A DNA stretch of 64,000 nucleotides. Origin: a virus (lineage: Duplodnaviria; Caudoviricetes). The stretch spans positions 32,001-96,000 of IMG/VR virus record IMGVR_UViG_2873737359_000001. One strand, given 5' to 3'. This document shows, piece by piece, positions 52,072-62,678 of the stretch. Numbering within the stretch: position 1 is the stretch's first letter; each line of letters starts with the position of its first letter. A program made the translations under genes and the position numbers. Under the pieces are notes generated by a model. It was given only the letters and a program-made list of their open reading frames with translations. It had not been told where the DNA came from and searched no databases.

Positions 52072-53034
52072 CTATCTAACAGCTGTAATCTCACCATCAA
52101 TAACAGCATCAATAAGTTCTGTAATATTATCAATATTCTTTGCCTGATAACATCCAGGTCCAGTAAATTCCTTAATAAGTTTCTTTCTACGAGCATCATC
52201 CGAATCGTATATATCTGGATCAAGTTCGTTATAAGTAATAGCTACAATCCTGGGTAATTCGCTATCCTTAATATTTGAATCATAAGCAAGAGACTTAAAG
52301 TAATTAAATCTTTCATTAGAATTGATTTGCGTAGCGTCAGCGGAGCCTGGAGCGTTAGCGACATCAGGAGCGTTAGCGACCATATCAAGCGAAGCGTCCG
52401 GAGCGCCAGCGACCCTGTTGAGTGATCCGGCTACCTGTGCACTAGCGAAGCGGTCACGGTACCGGTCAGTACTATCATTATCAATATCATTATCAATATC
52501 AGTATATATATAGGTACCGCTGTGACCGTCGTTATTATTTTCTTCGGGAACATCCTCATATTCGCTTTCGGTCACATCGGTCACGGCATGACCGTCTGGT
52601 CGGTACTCAACATTGTTAATGATAATATTGAAATCAAATGTTTCTTTATATTTACCTTCCCGAAAATTCTTTAATGTTTTGTTTACCTTGCCTTTACTGC
52701 AATGCACTTCTTTGGAAATTTTGTCTTGTGACATTCCGGGATTATCACGAACAAATTCTATGATTGCTTTGGTAACTTCTGGATTCTCTCCGAATCCTCT
52801 TGATCTTCTTTCCTGTGAAGAATCTATCATTCTAAGAGCTGTATCTCCACCTGCATATAAAAATATTTCTTTATCTTCTATTGGTTTTTCGTATAAGGCA
52901 TACTCAATAATTGCCTTGTAATATTCATAGGCAATTTCTTTACCTTTCATCTCTTCGATCATCTGTCCTGTTGTATAATATGATTCGAAGAACGTGAAGC
53001 ATTTGCTTCTATCAAATTGCTTTTTATCACTCAT
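52072..53034 (-). CDS. Putative replication initiator / replisome organiser (DUF6291-like N terminus, HTH)
   Basis: FTFFESY..AIIEYAL N terminus; HTH MSQDKISKEVHCSKGKV; low-complexity linker DIDNDIDND. Confidence 0.55.
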   Translation of the reverse strand: MSDKKQFDRSKCFTFFESYYTTGQMIEEMKGKEIAYEYYKAIIEYALYEKPIEDKEIFLYAGGDTALRMIDSSQERRSRGFGENPEVTKAIIEFVRDNPGMSQDKISKEVHCSKGKVNKTLKNFREGKYKETFDFNIIINNVEYRPDGHAVTDVTESEYEDVPEENNNDGHSGTYIYTDIDNDIDNDSTDRYRDRFASAQVAGSLNRVAGAPDASLDMVANAPDVANAPGSADATQINSNERFNYFKSLAYDSNIKDSELPRIVAITYNELDPDIYDSDDARRKKLIKEFTGPGCYQAKNIDNITELIDAVIDGEITAVR

Positions 53035-53051
53035 AATCTGCTCACTCCAAT

Positions 53052-53559
53052 TTATTTATCTTTTTTGTATTTGATTTTATTTTGCTGCCTTTCTTCTAAG
53101 ATTCTGTCTAACGCTTCCTGGAATCCTGGTACCATTTCAAAGACATAAATATCTTTTTCAGGATTATGCCAATCTGGCTCCACTGTTGCAATCTGAAACC
53201 CCTCTTTTCTTAATTTCCAGGCGATCCATTTACTCTTAATTCCTTTGCATTTAGTTCTCTGATTTTTCATTGATTTTCCCTCTGCTTTCTGATTGTTTTT
53301 AATACTGCGTTTACATTTTGTTTCTATAATCTTATAACTCTTATAATCCATTTGCCTTTTCTTTTCTATGCTTTTCCTGTTCGTTAATATATTTTGTCAA
53401 TGCCTCGGAAAATCCAGGAACATCTTCAAAGATATATACATCAAACTGAGGATTATGTCTGTTTGGCTCTACAGAAATGATCTTATATCCTTCTTTCCGT
53501 AGCAACCATGCAATCCTTCTGCTTTTTACGGCCTTAGTAGCGATATTTGTTTTATTCAT
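53052..53559 (-). CDS. Two tandem paralogous small proteins (DUF5659-like): 53052-53351 and 53341-53559
   Basis: KSxxIAWxLRKEG..I..VEP..HNP..D.Y.FE.VPGF.EAL in both. Confidence 0.75.
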
Positions 53560-53616
53560 TAATGTTCAACTCCTTTTATTTGCATTAAGTTTATAATTTA
53601 TAGTGTCAAATCATAC

Positions 53617-56383
53617 TTAAAAATATGATAATTCCTGCAATTCTTTACCAAGCTTCATAAGTGGATACTCTACAAATCCACTTCTCTGGGTAATACCTGT
53701 AGGAATCAATAATTTCTGTTTGACCATCTCATTAATCAATGATTCATTATTATTGATATCTGCGAAAATCTCATCGTCACCCAGCTTGATTCCAAGATTT
53801 ACAGATACTGTGCCCCATGGTTGTCCATAATTTTGCGGATCGTTGCAAGTTGCTATTAATGCAGTGGTTTTATTTTCTGCATATCTTCCCTTGTTGATTA
53901 ACACTGTAGTTTTTCCAGAGTAAAATGTATCAAATGTAACTCTAACCATAATTATTCTCCTTTGTTATATTCTTTAAGTCTATCTATACTTGCCTTAAGC
54001 CAATCCCTTCCAGTTAAAAGGTCGTATAATAAATCCCATCCAGAAGTTCCAATCTGATTGAACACATCATCAAGCCAGTATCCTCTCTGTGCATCAAGAA
54101 CATAGATACATGTTGTAATAGTATCAAGCATTGTTTCCATTTGTGGATGTTTCAGTACATCATAGAAATAGTCATACCATTTATTTCCATGTTCATCTTC
54201 TGGGATATCTTCTGGTTTATAGTTAAGATATTCAGTTCCGACACATGGAAGGATTCCTTGATCCGCAGCATCTTCGAAGAAGTATTCTTCATCATCTGAT
54301 TCCTTGTTCATGATTGCCTTGCGTCTTTCCGGAATAATATACTGTGGTAAGGGACACATAAATAACTGTAGTGCTATCGTCGTCTGATCGCTTCCAAACG
54401 CCTGTAAGTCCATTGCCTTAAGAATGTATCGGTACTCGAAGTCTGGGAGGTTTTTGTCGCCATTTCGTGCGAATAAGCCATTAAATACCAGTATCAAACA
54501 TCCATCATCATGGTAAACCTCAGTCCATTTCCCTTTCCATGTGATAAGATTGCATGGAGGCTGGACGCCTGCAAATGACATGAGTTCTTTCCTATTATAT
54601 GTAGACATTTTTATTCCTCCTCATCTTCCTCATCTTCATCATGGCATTCTACGATTTCGATTGAATAACCAAGCTCCTCTTCGATTTCTTCTTTTGTCAT
54701 TTTCTTAGGTGGTGTTTCTGTCCAGAAAGGATCCTTTGATGGCGCTGTTCGTTTGAGGAAGAAATCTGCCAAGATATTATTTGCGTTGAGATCATCCATA
54801 CGCCATAATTTAACAACGTCGTACTGTTCATAATATTTACAATCATCATCATAAGCTCTATTTTCTTTATAATTACCACAATGCGTAATGCATGACAATG
54901 ATTCATATTTAGTTATTTTGAATGTAGATATATCATTCTTAGAATAATGATTTGGAAGCACAATAGCCAATGTTCCATTGCGAAAAAGTACAATGTCATT
55001 AACTTTAAAGCCTGGAAAATCTGATTTTAATTTCTCTTTTGGCTCTTTTGTTTCTGGCATTTCTCTGTTCCAACACTCGTCACATTCCATGCTCGGATGA
55101 ATACAATCGCCTTCTGAATAATCGTCTAGCAGGTTTTCATAACCATAGCTATAAGGACAATGCCGGAGATAAGATTCTTGTCCTTCAAGACCGTGATCTT
55201 CACAATATTTCTCTTTATAAGTCATTACGCTACCTTCTTTCTATAACCGAATACAAGCTCCAGAATTGTTGGTTTATGATTTCTTTTTCTTGCTTCTTCC
55301 TGACGTTTCCAGTCAGCCATGATCTGATCAAATTCTGTTTCCTTATAATGTCCGGAATGAGCCGTCCATACTTCTACACCATTATGTGCAATAAGGATTT
55401 CCATATAATCAATTCCGTTACTGGCAAAAATTTTTGTTTCTCTTGCAATCTGCTGTTTCAATGTGTGACACCTCCATTCATGTACTCTACCATCTCATCA
55501 ATCTTATGTTTCGCTTCTACCAAAGTAAGAGTTTTATCAGAATCATAAAGAGCTTTTACAGCTAATGATTTCGCTCCATATCCAATGAGGATAGCTGGAT
55601 TAGCCACTTCTTCTGGTGTTAATTCTCTTTCAATGCCTGCTGCATGATCAAGAAAATTCTCGTATTCTTTTTCTGTTGGTTCTTTACCTGTAATGATAAA
55701 TGCTGCTGTCACGAGATCCCTTTCACTTACAACTCTGCAAGATCTTCCAGGTTCTGTTAAATAGTACTGCATAATATTTCCCTCCTGTTTTTCATTTTGC
55801 TTAATAGCATAATCCAAATCCGTATTCATATTATTAGGAAAGAAGGGGCGGATCTAAATTTCACTCCGCCTGAGTACGAAACTGGATTATACTATTAATT
55901 TTCTTTATGATACTCTGTATCACTTTCCGTTTGGAGAAAAACGTACCTTCGACTAGAGGTTAAACCGTTCATGTGGATCGTGATACAGAGTATATTTGTT
56001 CTTCAGTTTTAAGTAGCAAGTTTAAATCTGAAGTTTACATAATTAATAGTTGCATTTATTTCTATTATCTTAATAACTGTGTTTGTGTAAAATTTATTAT
56101 TAACAGTCTCAAGATAAATAGATTACAGATAATATTTCCCTATATAATTGTATCCGTAGGGAGAATTTTCGATCCATTTAAGAATATTGCATCCCCAATC
56201 GGTGACAACCGCTTCTTTAAATGGAAGTGGATTTTTATTTCCTTTGATACGAACTAACGTTCCTTTAGGCGTTCGCATCATCTGAACGAGCAATGTATTT
56301 GGACGAATCACTTCCTTGCCGTTGTGAAATGTCTTGAACGGCATATTTGATCTAAATACATGTGTTTCTATGGTTCCCATCAT
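53617..56383 (-). CDS. Hypothetical genes (53617-53949 DUF4313-like, 53952-54608, 54611-55225, 55225-55461, 55458-~55773, 56123-56383)
   Basis: Head-to-tail ORFs with RBS. Confidence 0.65.
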
Positions 56384-56447
56384 ATCAACATCTCCTTTTT
56401 TGATTATTTATATAAAGTTTATATTTTACATTCTCAAGATAAATAGA

Positions 56448-57086
56448 TTACATTGGATATTCTCTAACGCAGTCCTGTGCTGCATAGTACACATATATTT
56501 TATTAGTCAGAAAATTCTGAGTTCCGTTGTTTAAATTATCATTTACTTCACGGACTGCTTCTTTAATCGCTTCTGGCCCTAAATCTTTACGAAACTCATG
56601 GATAATCGCCTCGTGCACAGAAGTAAAACTAATTAATAAGTCGTTTCCATTCGCAGCCTTCTTACTAATATTCTTAAGAAGTCCTGGGAAGAATATTGAT
56701 GAGGCGCCAAGGAAAGCTTTATCATTTGTGATCATAAGACCAGCTAGATTAATCTTCTTTATAGTATATGGATCTTTAAAGTTCTTAAAAATAATATTCG
56801 TTGGATTTAATAGTGCCTTTGGCGGATACAGTTGTCTTGTATTCTCACAAGCATTTAAGAATACCTTTGAGAAGGATCCAACTGTATTAATATATTTATC
56901 AAGGACTTCTTTATCCAGGATATGCGCGGTCTTTTTGTCGGTGATACAGATAGCAGCTGCAATATCTCCTATTTTCATAAAGTAAGTATTTTTTAAAATC
57001 TCTTTGTGGTTTTCATAGTTCATCAACCTCACGATCAGTTTGTCTTTCATTTCTTCATAGTTCTGAAGCTCATTTAATTCCATCAT
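56448..57086 (-). CDS. DUF5688-like protein
   Basis: KDKLIVRLMNYE, ITN..GAS.IF, SVHE motifs. Confidence 0.6.
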   Translation of the reverse strand: MMELNELQNYEEMKDKLIVRLMNYENHKEILKNTYFMKIGDIAAAICITDKKTAHILDKEVLDKYINTVGSFSKVFLNACENTRQLYPPKALLNPTNIIFKNFKDPYTIKKINLAGLMITNDKAFLGASSIFFPGLLKNISKKAANGNDLLISFTSVHEAIIHEFRKDLGPEAIKEAVREVNDNLNNGTQNFLTNKIYVYYAAQDCVREYPM

Positions 57087-57216
57087 AATATCAATCTCCT
57101 TTTTGATTATTTATATAAATTTATTATTGACACTATTGCTTATTTGAGAATTATTATAATCCAATTCCCATTTTAATTCAATAGTTTTCATGAAATTTAT
57201 TAATGACAGTGTAAAA

Positions 57217-58251
57217 TTACATTGCCTTGGTTTCTTTTGCCTGATGACGAGCATTGAGAGCAGAAGAAACCTGTCTCATATCTCCGCCATGATACATTGG
57301 AGCTTCACCAATTCTCTTAGCGACTTCTTCTTCGAGATAGATAGTAAGTCCTTCAACTTCTCTTCGCTTAGGATATTTCGCAAGAGCTGCGGCGAAATAC
57401 AGGTTGGGTTCTGTGTGTAAGCAGAAATCTGTTATAGCACGGATTACTCTCGGATCATTTTTATGCATATTTAATACATGTCTCATAGGCCGAATCGCAT
57501 CTGAACTATATCCGTTGTAAGCAAGATTCCATCCAGATTTTTCAATGATATTTAAAATATTAGTGAGAACTTCTTTTCCATTGGTCATAGCTGCTACAGA
57601 TACTGCTGCACTATAACCTGTCAGAATTTTGTATCCATCTGCAATTAATGAATCCTGTTTCTCTTTTGGAAGATTCTTCAGTTCACGCTTGCTAATAAGA
57701 AGATTTCTTCCGTTGAGACATTCGTTGAGTACACAATATTTCTTTATACCTCTCTTGACATAGGCTCTGTGTTTATCAGCCGGAGAAAGCTTATCTACAT
57801 GTGTATTCTGCTCGGAGAACAGTTCTGCTTCCTGAATCTGACGTTCATTTGGATCTTTTGACAGGCCAGTAGCAATAGAAGCTACAATCATTTCTTCCTT
57901 TCTAATTCCCTTGACGATGAATCTATGAGTTCCGTCGATTACTGCAAAGCTGCATGTTTCAGGATGTGGAGATACCAGAACCGGGTCGCATTTATTTTCG
58001 TCCCAGTGATTTGCAAGATCGTAAATCTTACTCATGTTAATAGTTGAAAGTCTCTGATATTCTTCATCCACTTCCAGAAGAGACAGTGGAATAAGACAGA
58101 ACTGTTTCCCTCCAATTTCTGTCTTATTAGATATTACTGTAGAATACAACGGACGTCTTTCAAATACAGATGGTGTGATGATTTTGCCTTCTGTAGTTCT
58201 CTCTGCTTTGTTTCCTGTGAGCATTTCCTTGATTTCTTCGAAGTTTTTCAT
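57217..58251 (-). CDS. ParB/Srx-like protein (DUF6551-like)
   Basis: LEVDEEYQR, PVLVS, AVIDGTHR. Confidence 0.7.
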   Translation of the reverse strand: MKNFEEIKEMLTGNKAERTTEGKIITPSVFERRPLYSTVISNKTEIGGKQFCLIPLSLLEVDEEYQRLSTINMSKIYDLANHWDENKCDPVLVSPHPETCSFAVIDGTHRFIVKGIRKEEMIVASIATGLSKDPNERQIQEAELFSEQNTHVDKLSPADKHRAYVKRGIKKYCVLNECLNGRNLLISKRELKNLPKEKQDSLIADGYKILTGYSAAVSVAAMTNGKEVLTNILNIIEKSGWNLAYNGYSSDAIRPMRHVLNMHKNDPRVIRAITDFCLHTEPNLYFAAALAKYPKRREVEGLTIYLEEEVAKRIGEAPMYHGGDMRQVSSALNARHQAKETKAM

Positions 58252-58316
58252 AGTGTTTGTTCTCCTTTTGTTTGTTTTTATATTGATTATTTAGTTGTTT
58301 TGGATTGATGATGGTT

Positions 58317-60491
58317 TTATGCAAAGACATATTTTAATGCTTTGCGTCTTGCTCTTTCGTAGAGTGTATGGCTGCTGTCAGTAATTTTTGCTTCCATTTC
58401 TACATTACGACAGATACTATCTCTTACATCAAGTGGAACATGAAAGTCAGACATTAAATGTCTCACTTCTTTTTCCCAATCAAATTCTATTGTTTCAGAA
58501 TAATTTTTCTTTCTCTTAGTTGGCGTTCCAACCAGAGGGATCATATTATCTGAATGTGACGTACTGTTCATAAGAGTCCTTCTTTCTATAAAGCATAGAG
58601 CTTGCGTCCATTAATCATGGCACAAGACTCAATTAAGCCATTAGATACCATTTCCTTTACTGAGGATTTTCCACAGATTTCAATGATTCTGTCCTCGTAA
58701 ATAGTTTCAATTCCAGGATATAAAAGCTGGAGGCGGTAATGATCTGCCTTAGCAATTTGCGTTGTGAGATCCTGAATCTTAAGCTGCACTTCATCTTCCG
58801 TCATATTAAGCGGATGTACTTTATGCAGTGTTTTGATTGTATTTCGCTTACTTCTTACTTCCCTTGCAACATCACCAATAATAGCGTGGCGTTTCTTATC
58901 TGAGAGGGATCTGATTTCTCTTGGCGAATATTTCATTTGTTTTCCTTCTTTCTTTAATATCCAAACATCCTGAGCCATTCTCCGTTGACAAGTTGCCATG
59001 CTGTAGGATTTAAGGCATAGTCAACGAATTTAGGATTGAGTTGTTTGTATCTACGGTCGAGATCGTTTAAGTTGGAAAAGTATTCCTGACGTTTTAGATC
59101 TCCCTTATGAATACCGGATTTAACATAGATACGAAGTTTATAAGGTTTTGTTTGCATTGCTGCAAGTGGCATAAGATCACCTTACCTTTCTATTTGATTT
59201 CAGAGAGCGTGTGCTTCAGTTCTTCCCACAGGCTGATCTCATCATCTGAAAATCTACCGTCCGGAACCTGATTTGCCTTGATAAGCTCCAGAACATCTTT
59301 GATCTGTCCGAAATAGAAACGGGCTTCTTTGCCATTTTCTCTTACTGCGATATGCTCTGCCTTTCTCTCGATTTTCTGCATAGGTTTTCCTCCTTATTAT
59401 TTACTGATAATGGAAAGTACTTTTCCCTGTCCATCAAGTTTAATAGTTACTTCTGTTCCATCCTGGAAACCGTCTACATCATATGTGTTTCCGTTGTCAG
59501 CAATGATTTCAGATGCTTCTACAGTTCCATTTACCTTGTGGATACCGTTATAAGCATCAGTATCAATGTTTCCGACTATAGATGCGACCATGAAAAAAGC
59601 AGCCATTCCGAGGCTGCCTTTAATCAATGTTACTTTACGTTTCCGTTCGGAAAGTTTGCGGTTATATTCCCTACGTGATTTCATGTTGTTTTTCATAGTG
59701 ATTTCCCTTTCCAGAAATTTTAATATAGTTTATAATTTACAGTATCAATGCATGATTGAAGTGAACTGTTCCGGTGATCCACAGTACCATGCAGACAGTA
59801 CTTTATCATCGTATACAGAATCCGGAGTTCCGTTGGAATCCATGATACAAGATGCAAGATCACCAAGCTCCCAACAGTCTGTAGCCGGAGCAGTAAATTT
59901 AAACAGGTTTCCATTAGCATGCTCTATAGTTATATCCTCATATTCAGAACCATGAGCAATAGTCACTACAATTCCGGTAGCCGGATAGAAATTTCCGTTG
60001 ATGAATGTATCAATTCTGTCAATATCATCGGAAATATTTTCGTCTGTGAATCCATCTGTGAAAGTGGACAGAATAGATGGGTCTGTACAGATTTTTGTTT
60101 CCGTAGCACCAACTGGAATAGCTGCTACTGTTGTGTATGTGATAAGAGCAATAAGGGTAGCAATGATTGATTTTTTCATGATTTATTTCCTTTCTGGAAA
60201 CAGAATTTGTTTCCGTAGCTTTTAGTTTATATAGTATATATAGGTATTAAAAAGAGACATCAATAGCAATGTATTAATGTCTCTTATATATAGTATATAG
60301 TATAAGTATTATCTTCCTAAATGGATATCTCCATTAGAATCTTCATACTCTTCCCACCAATCAGCTGGGTTGTCTGGATCACCCTCGCATACTTCCCAGC
60401 CTGTTGCATGACAAGACTCCTGATTGCCATCGACATCAAAAGTCTTGTCAAATGGCATAACATCGAGTTTCCTTCTCATCTCTTTTTTCAT
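58317..60491 (-). CDS. Small hypothetical genes (58317-58571, 58586-~58936, 58954-59172, 59190-59381, 59397-59696, 59745-60179, 60309-60491)
   Basis: ORFs with RBS. 59397-59696 has a TM segment; 59745-60179 has a signal peptide. Confidence 0.65.
60249..60285 (-). terminator. Intrinsic terminator
   Basis: AAGAGACATTAATA..TATTGATGTCTC followed by a T-tract. Confidence 0.7.
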
Positions 60492-60521
60492 TGTGGCATC
60501 CTCCTTTATTTCTATTTTATT

Positions 60522-60944
60522 TTAGGCAAACGTTGTAAACTTATCACAACGCATTCTCTTTTCTGCTGGTTTCATACGCTCGTAGCCCGAAACAGGTGTC
60601 ATAGCTACAACGTCCTCCGGATATGCCTGTGCTGCGATCATGGAACCTACAATCACCAGAGTTCCGGTCCCAATCTGAGATTTGAACGCCTTTTTAATAT
60701 CGGCAATAATTGCTTTGCCCTCTTCCGTAGGCACAAAGACAGTTTTTACGAACAGATCGGACACCTATTTCTCTTCTGCTTTTGCGTTGAGGATTACAGA
60801 GCTAGGAACTGTGATTGGTGTTCCGTCTGTATCCTGAATCGTCACGGAATGAGGTGTGGTGTTAATGATTGCCACATTGTTTCCGAAAGTTACGAAGTTA
60901 TAGTTATATTTGTCAATATGGACAATACCGTTTGTTTTAGTCAT
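60522..60944 (-). pseudogene. Gene with in-frame TAG at 60765-60767
   Basis: MTKTNG...NTTPHSVT...NAKAEEK*VSDLFVKT... is one frame; RBS at 60944, none before GTG 60764. Confidence 0.65.
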
Positions 60945-60946
60945 GA

Positions 60947-61987
60947 TTAATCCTCATCTTCTTTCACTTCTACTAAATCGCCGTCGAGTAACATCGCAGT
61001 AAATGTATCGCTGCTAATTACATAGAATAAATTATCATCATCAATGACAATTCCATATGTTATTTTGCTTTCTGAAAATACTGGTGTATCAGAAAAGAAC
61101 GGAATGAGATCCGTGTAATATTTGCGTGATGCACGAGCCATACTTTTGTGCATTGCTTTGATATCTGAAGTACGTCCCATGTAGATGACAGCATTTTCCT
61201 TTACATCGTAATATTTTTTGAACATAATGTTTCCTTTCTGAGTAGTTTATGGTGATTACTCTGCACCAATGTTTTGATGTTGTTTAATATTGTTTATAGT
61301 TACAATCACTCTATCAAGATTTGATCTTGCTTTATACATATATAGTATGTATATGTCTGCTCCTCACAGGAATAGAGTGTTAATCGCGATCATATTACAT
61401 GGATATACTTGTAGATATCCACGTATTGATCGAGTTGATATACCGGAGCATTGTTTAGTATGTCCAGCATATGAGCTGTGACAAATCCGAAGTGGTGAGT
61501 GAGTTCGGTAAGGATACGGTGATAAATGGGATTCGGAAGCTCATAGAATTTTGTGGTCATGAGTTCCGGAATGGTGTATGTGATGTTGTTCATTCATGTG
61601 ACCTCCTCCTTGTGTGATGTATATGGTTTGTAACGTGGTCTTGTGGTTAAAAAATTGTACTAAAAAAGAGCATAGCTTGTTGGGCTATGCTCTTAATGCT
61701 GTACTGTGGCGTGTTCGTGTTATTTAGTTGTCATGATGTTCAATGGTGTCTTTGGTATCGTCCGGTACTTCTGCCAGACTGATTTTGATGTCTGAGTCTC
61801 TGGACCATAATTTAATCTCGGCTTCAGCATCCTCTTTCTTGTCAAAAGATTTTGTCACGGTGGACATAAGCTCTTTAGACATATGGTTGTAATTTTTGAA
61901 TGTTACCTGCCATTTACTCATGTTCTCGTCCTCTTTTCTGGTATCAATTATTTGATACTCAAATTTATCACCCCCTAATTGTATCAT
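60947..61987 (-). CDS. Small hypothetical genes (60947-61225, 61390-61593, 61724-~61921)
   Basis: ORFs with AAAGGA/GGAGG/GAGGA RBS. Confidence 0.65.
61662..61694 (-). terminator. Intrinsic terminator
   Basis: AAGAGCATAGC-loop-GCTATGCTC followed by a T-tract. Confidence 0.75.
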
Positions 61988-61997
61988 AAAAAGAGCA

Positions 61998-62027
61998 TAA
62001 AAAAAAGCACTCTACTGAGTGCTTTTT
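61998..62027. terminator. Terminator, possibly bidirectional, overlapping the 62012 stop
   Basis: aaaaaagcactc-tact-gagtgcttttt. Confidence 0.75.
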
Positions 62028-62620
62028 GGGCTATTGACCGTGACAGGTTTTCCAGGACGGCATTTTGTCTGGTCAATCTTTAAACCGTCACGGCGTAATG
62101 CCATTAGGGAATCGGTATACCCTTCAAACTCTGTGAAAGTAGCTACAGGCATTTTGTCCCTGTATTGTGTAGGAAGTCCTGTATATGGTGTTCCTGTAGC
62201 TGCATTCACAGGTTGATAATACTTTTCTTCCCATGAAATATTATAGCCAGAACCATCCACTTGACATTGTTTAAAACAACGTGACTGTGGTGTTGGTATA
62301 CGCCTTTCACGTGGTGCACCTGCTCTGTCGACGGGTATCACAGTGACGTTATAAAGGTTATTATCCTTTATGAAACGCCATAAAACCGGAATAACATAAT
62401 AGTTTTTAGACATGTGACAACGGCGGAAACCGTTACCCTTTTTCAAGTCTAAAATGAACACACTATATCTTTCTTGTGGTTTACGGAACTGTTTAAAGTC
62501 CGTAATAAGAATATATTTATCCTGTGAATAGCGTCCGTATACCGCATTTTTAGGGATACGGAAAATATCAACTCTTGTGTTATAGTCTCTACAAATTTTA
62601 AGCGGTTTATATAATTTCAT
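62012..62620 (-). CDS. Hypothetical basic protein
   Basis: 202 aa, GAGGG RBS. Confidence 0.7.
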   Translation of the reverse strand: MKLYKPLKICRDYNTRVDIFRIPKNAVYGRYSQDKYILITDFKQFRKPQERYSVFILDLKKGNGFRRCHMSKNYYVIPVLWRFIKDNNLYNVTVIPVDRAGAPRERRIPTPQSRCFKQCQVDGSGYNISWEEKYYQPVNAATGTPYTGLPTQYRDKMPVATFTEFEGYTDSLMALRRDGLKIDQTKCRPGKPVTVNSPKSTQ

Positions 62621-62647
62621 AGTAATACCCTCTTTCTCTGTTTGGTT

Positions 62648-62673
62648 AAAAGAGGGTATTACTACCCTCTTTT
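62648..62673 (-). terminator. Terminator hairpin with alternative RBS-sequestering pairing
   Basis: AAAAGAGGGTA-GTAA-TACCCTCTTTT. Confidence 0.65.
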
Positions 62674-62678
62674 ATGGT

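Larger units (their letters stand above)
8472..59748 (-). promoter_or_regulatory. Dispersed ~25-bp repeated element, ~20 copies (consensus TTGANACTRTNAAWAATAAAYTT)
   Basis: Copies near 8475, 10155, 14824, 14918, 15012, 17863, 21964, 24093, 24158, 26775, 27142, 35611, 38289, 41126, 48956, 53587, 56089, 56415, 57117, 57193, 59727. All have the same orientation and lie at or near gene boundaries. Confidence 0.8.

Noticed and set aside
55868-55885. Hammerhead ribozyme core (ctgagtacgaaac)
   Set aside because: Does not match CUGANGA and has no stem II before GAAA.
60765-60767. Genome-wide TAG recoding
   Set aside because: TAG ends several normal genes (3390, 33419, 35004, 58586, 59190, 62012), long genes are uninterrupted, and no CUA suppressor tRNA is seen.
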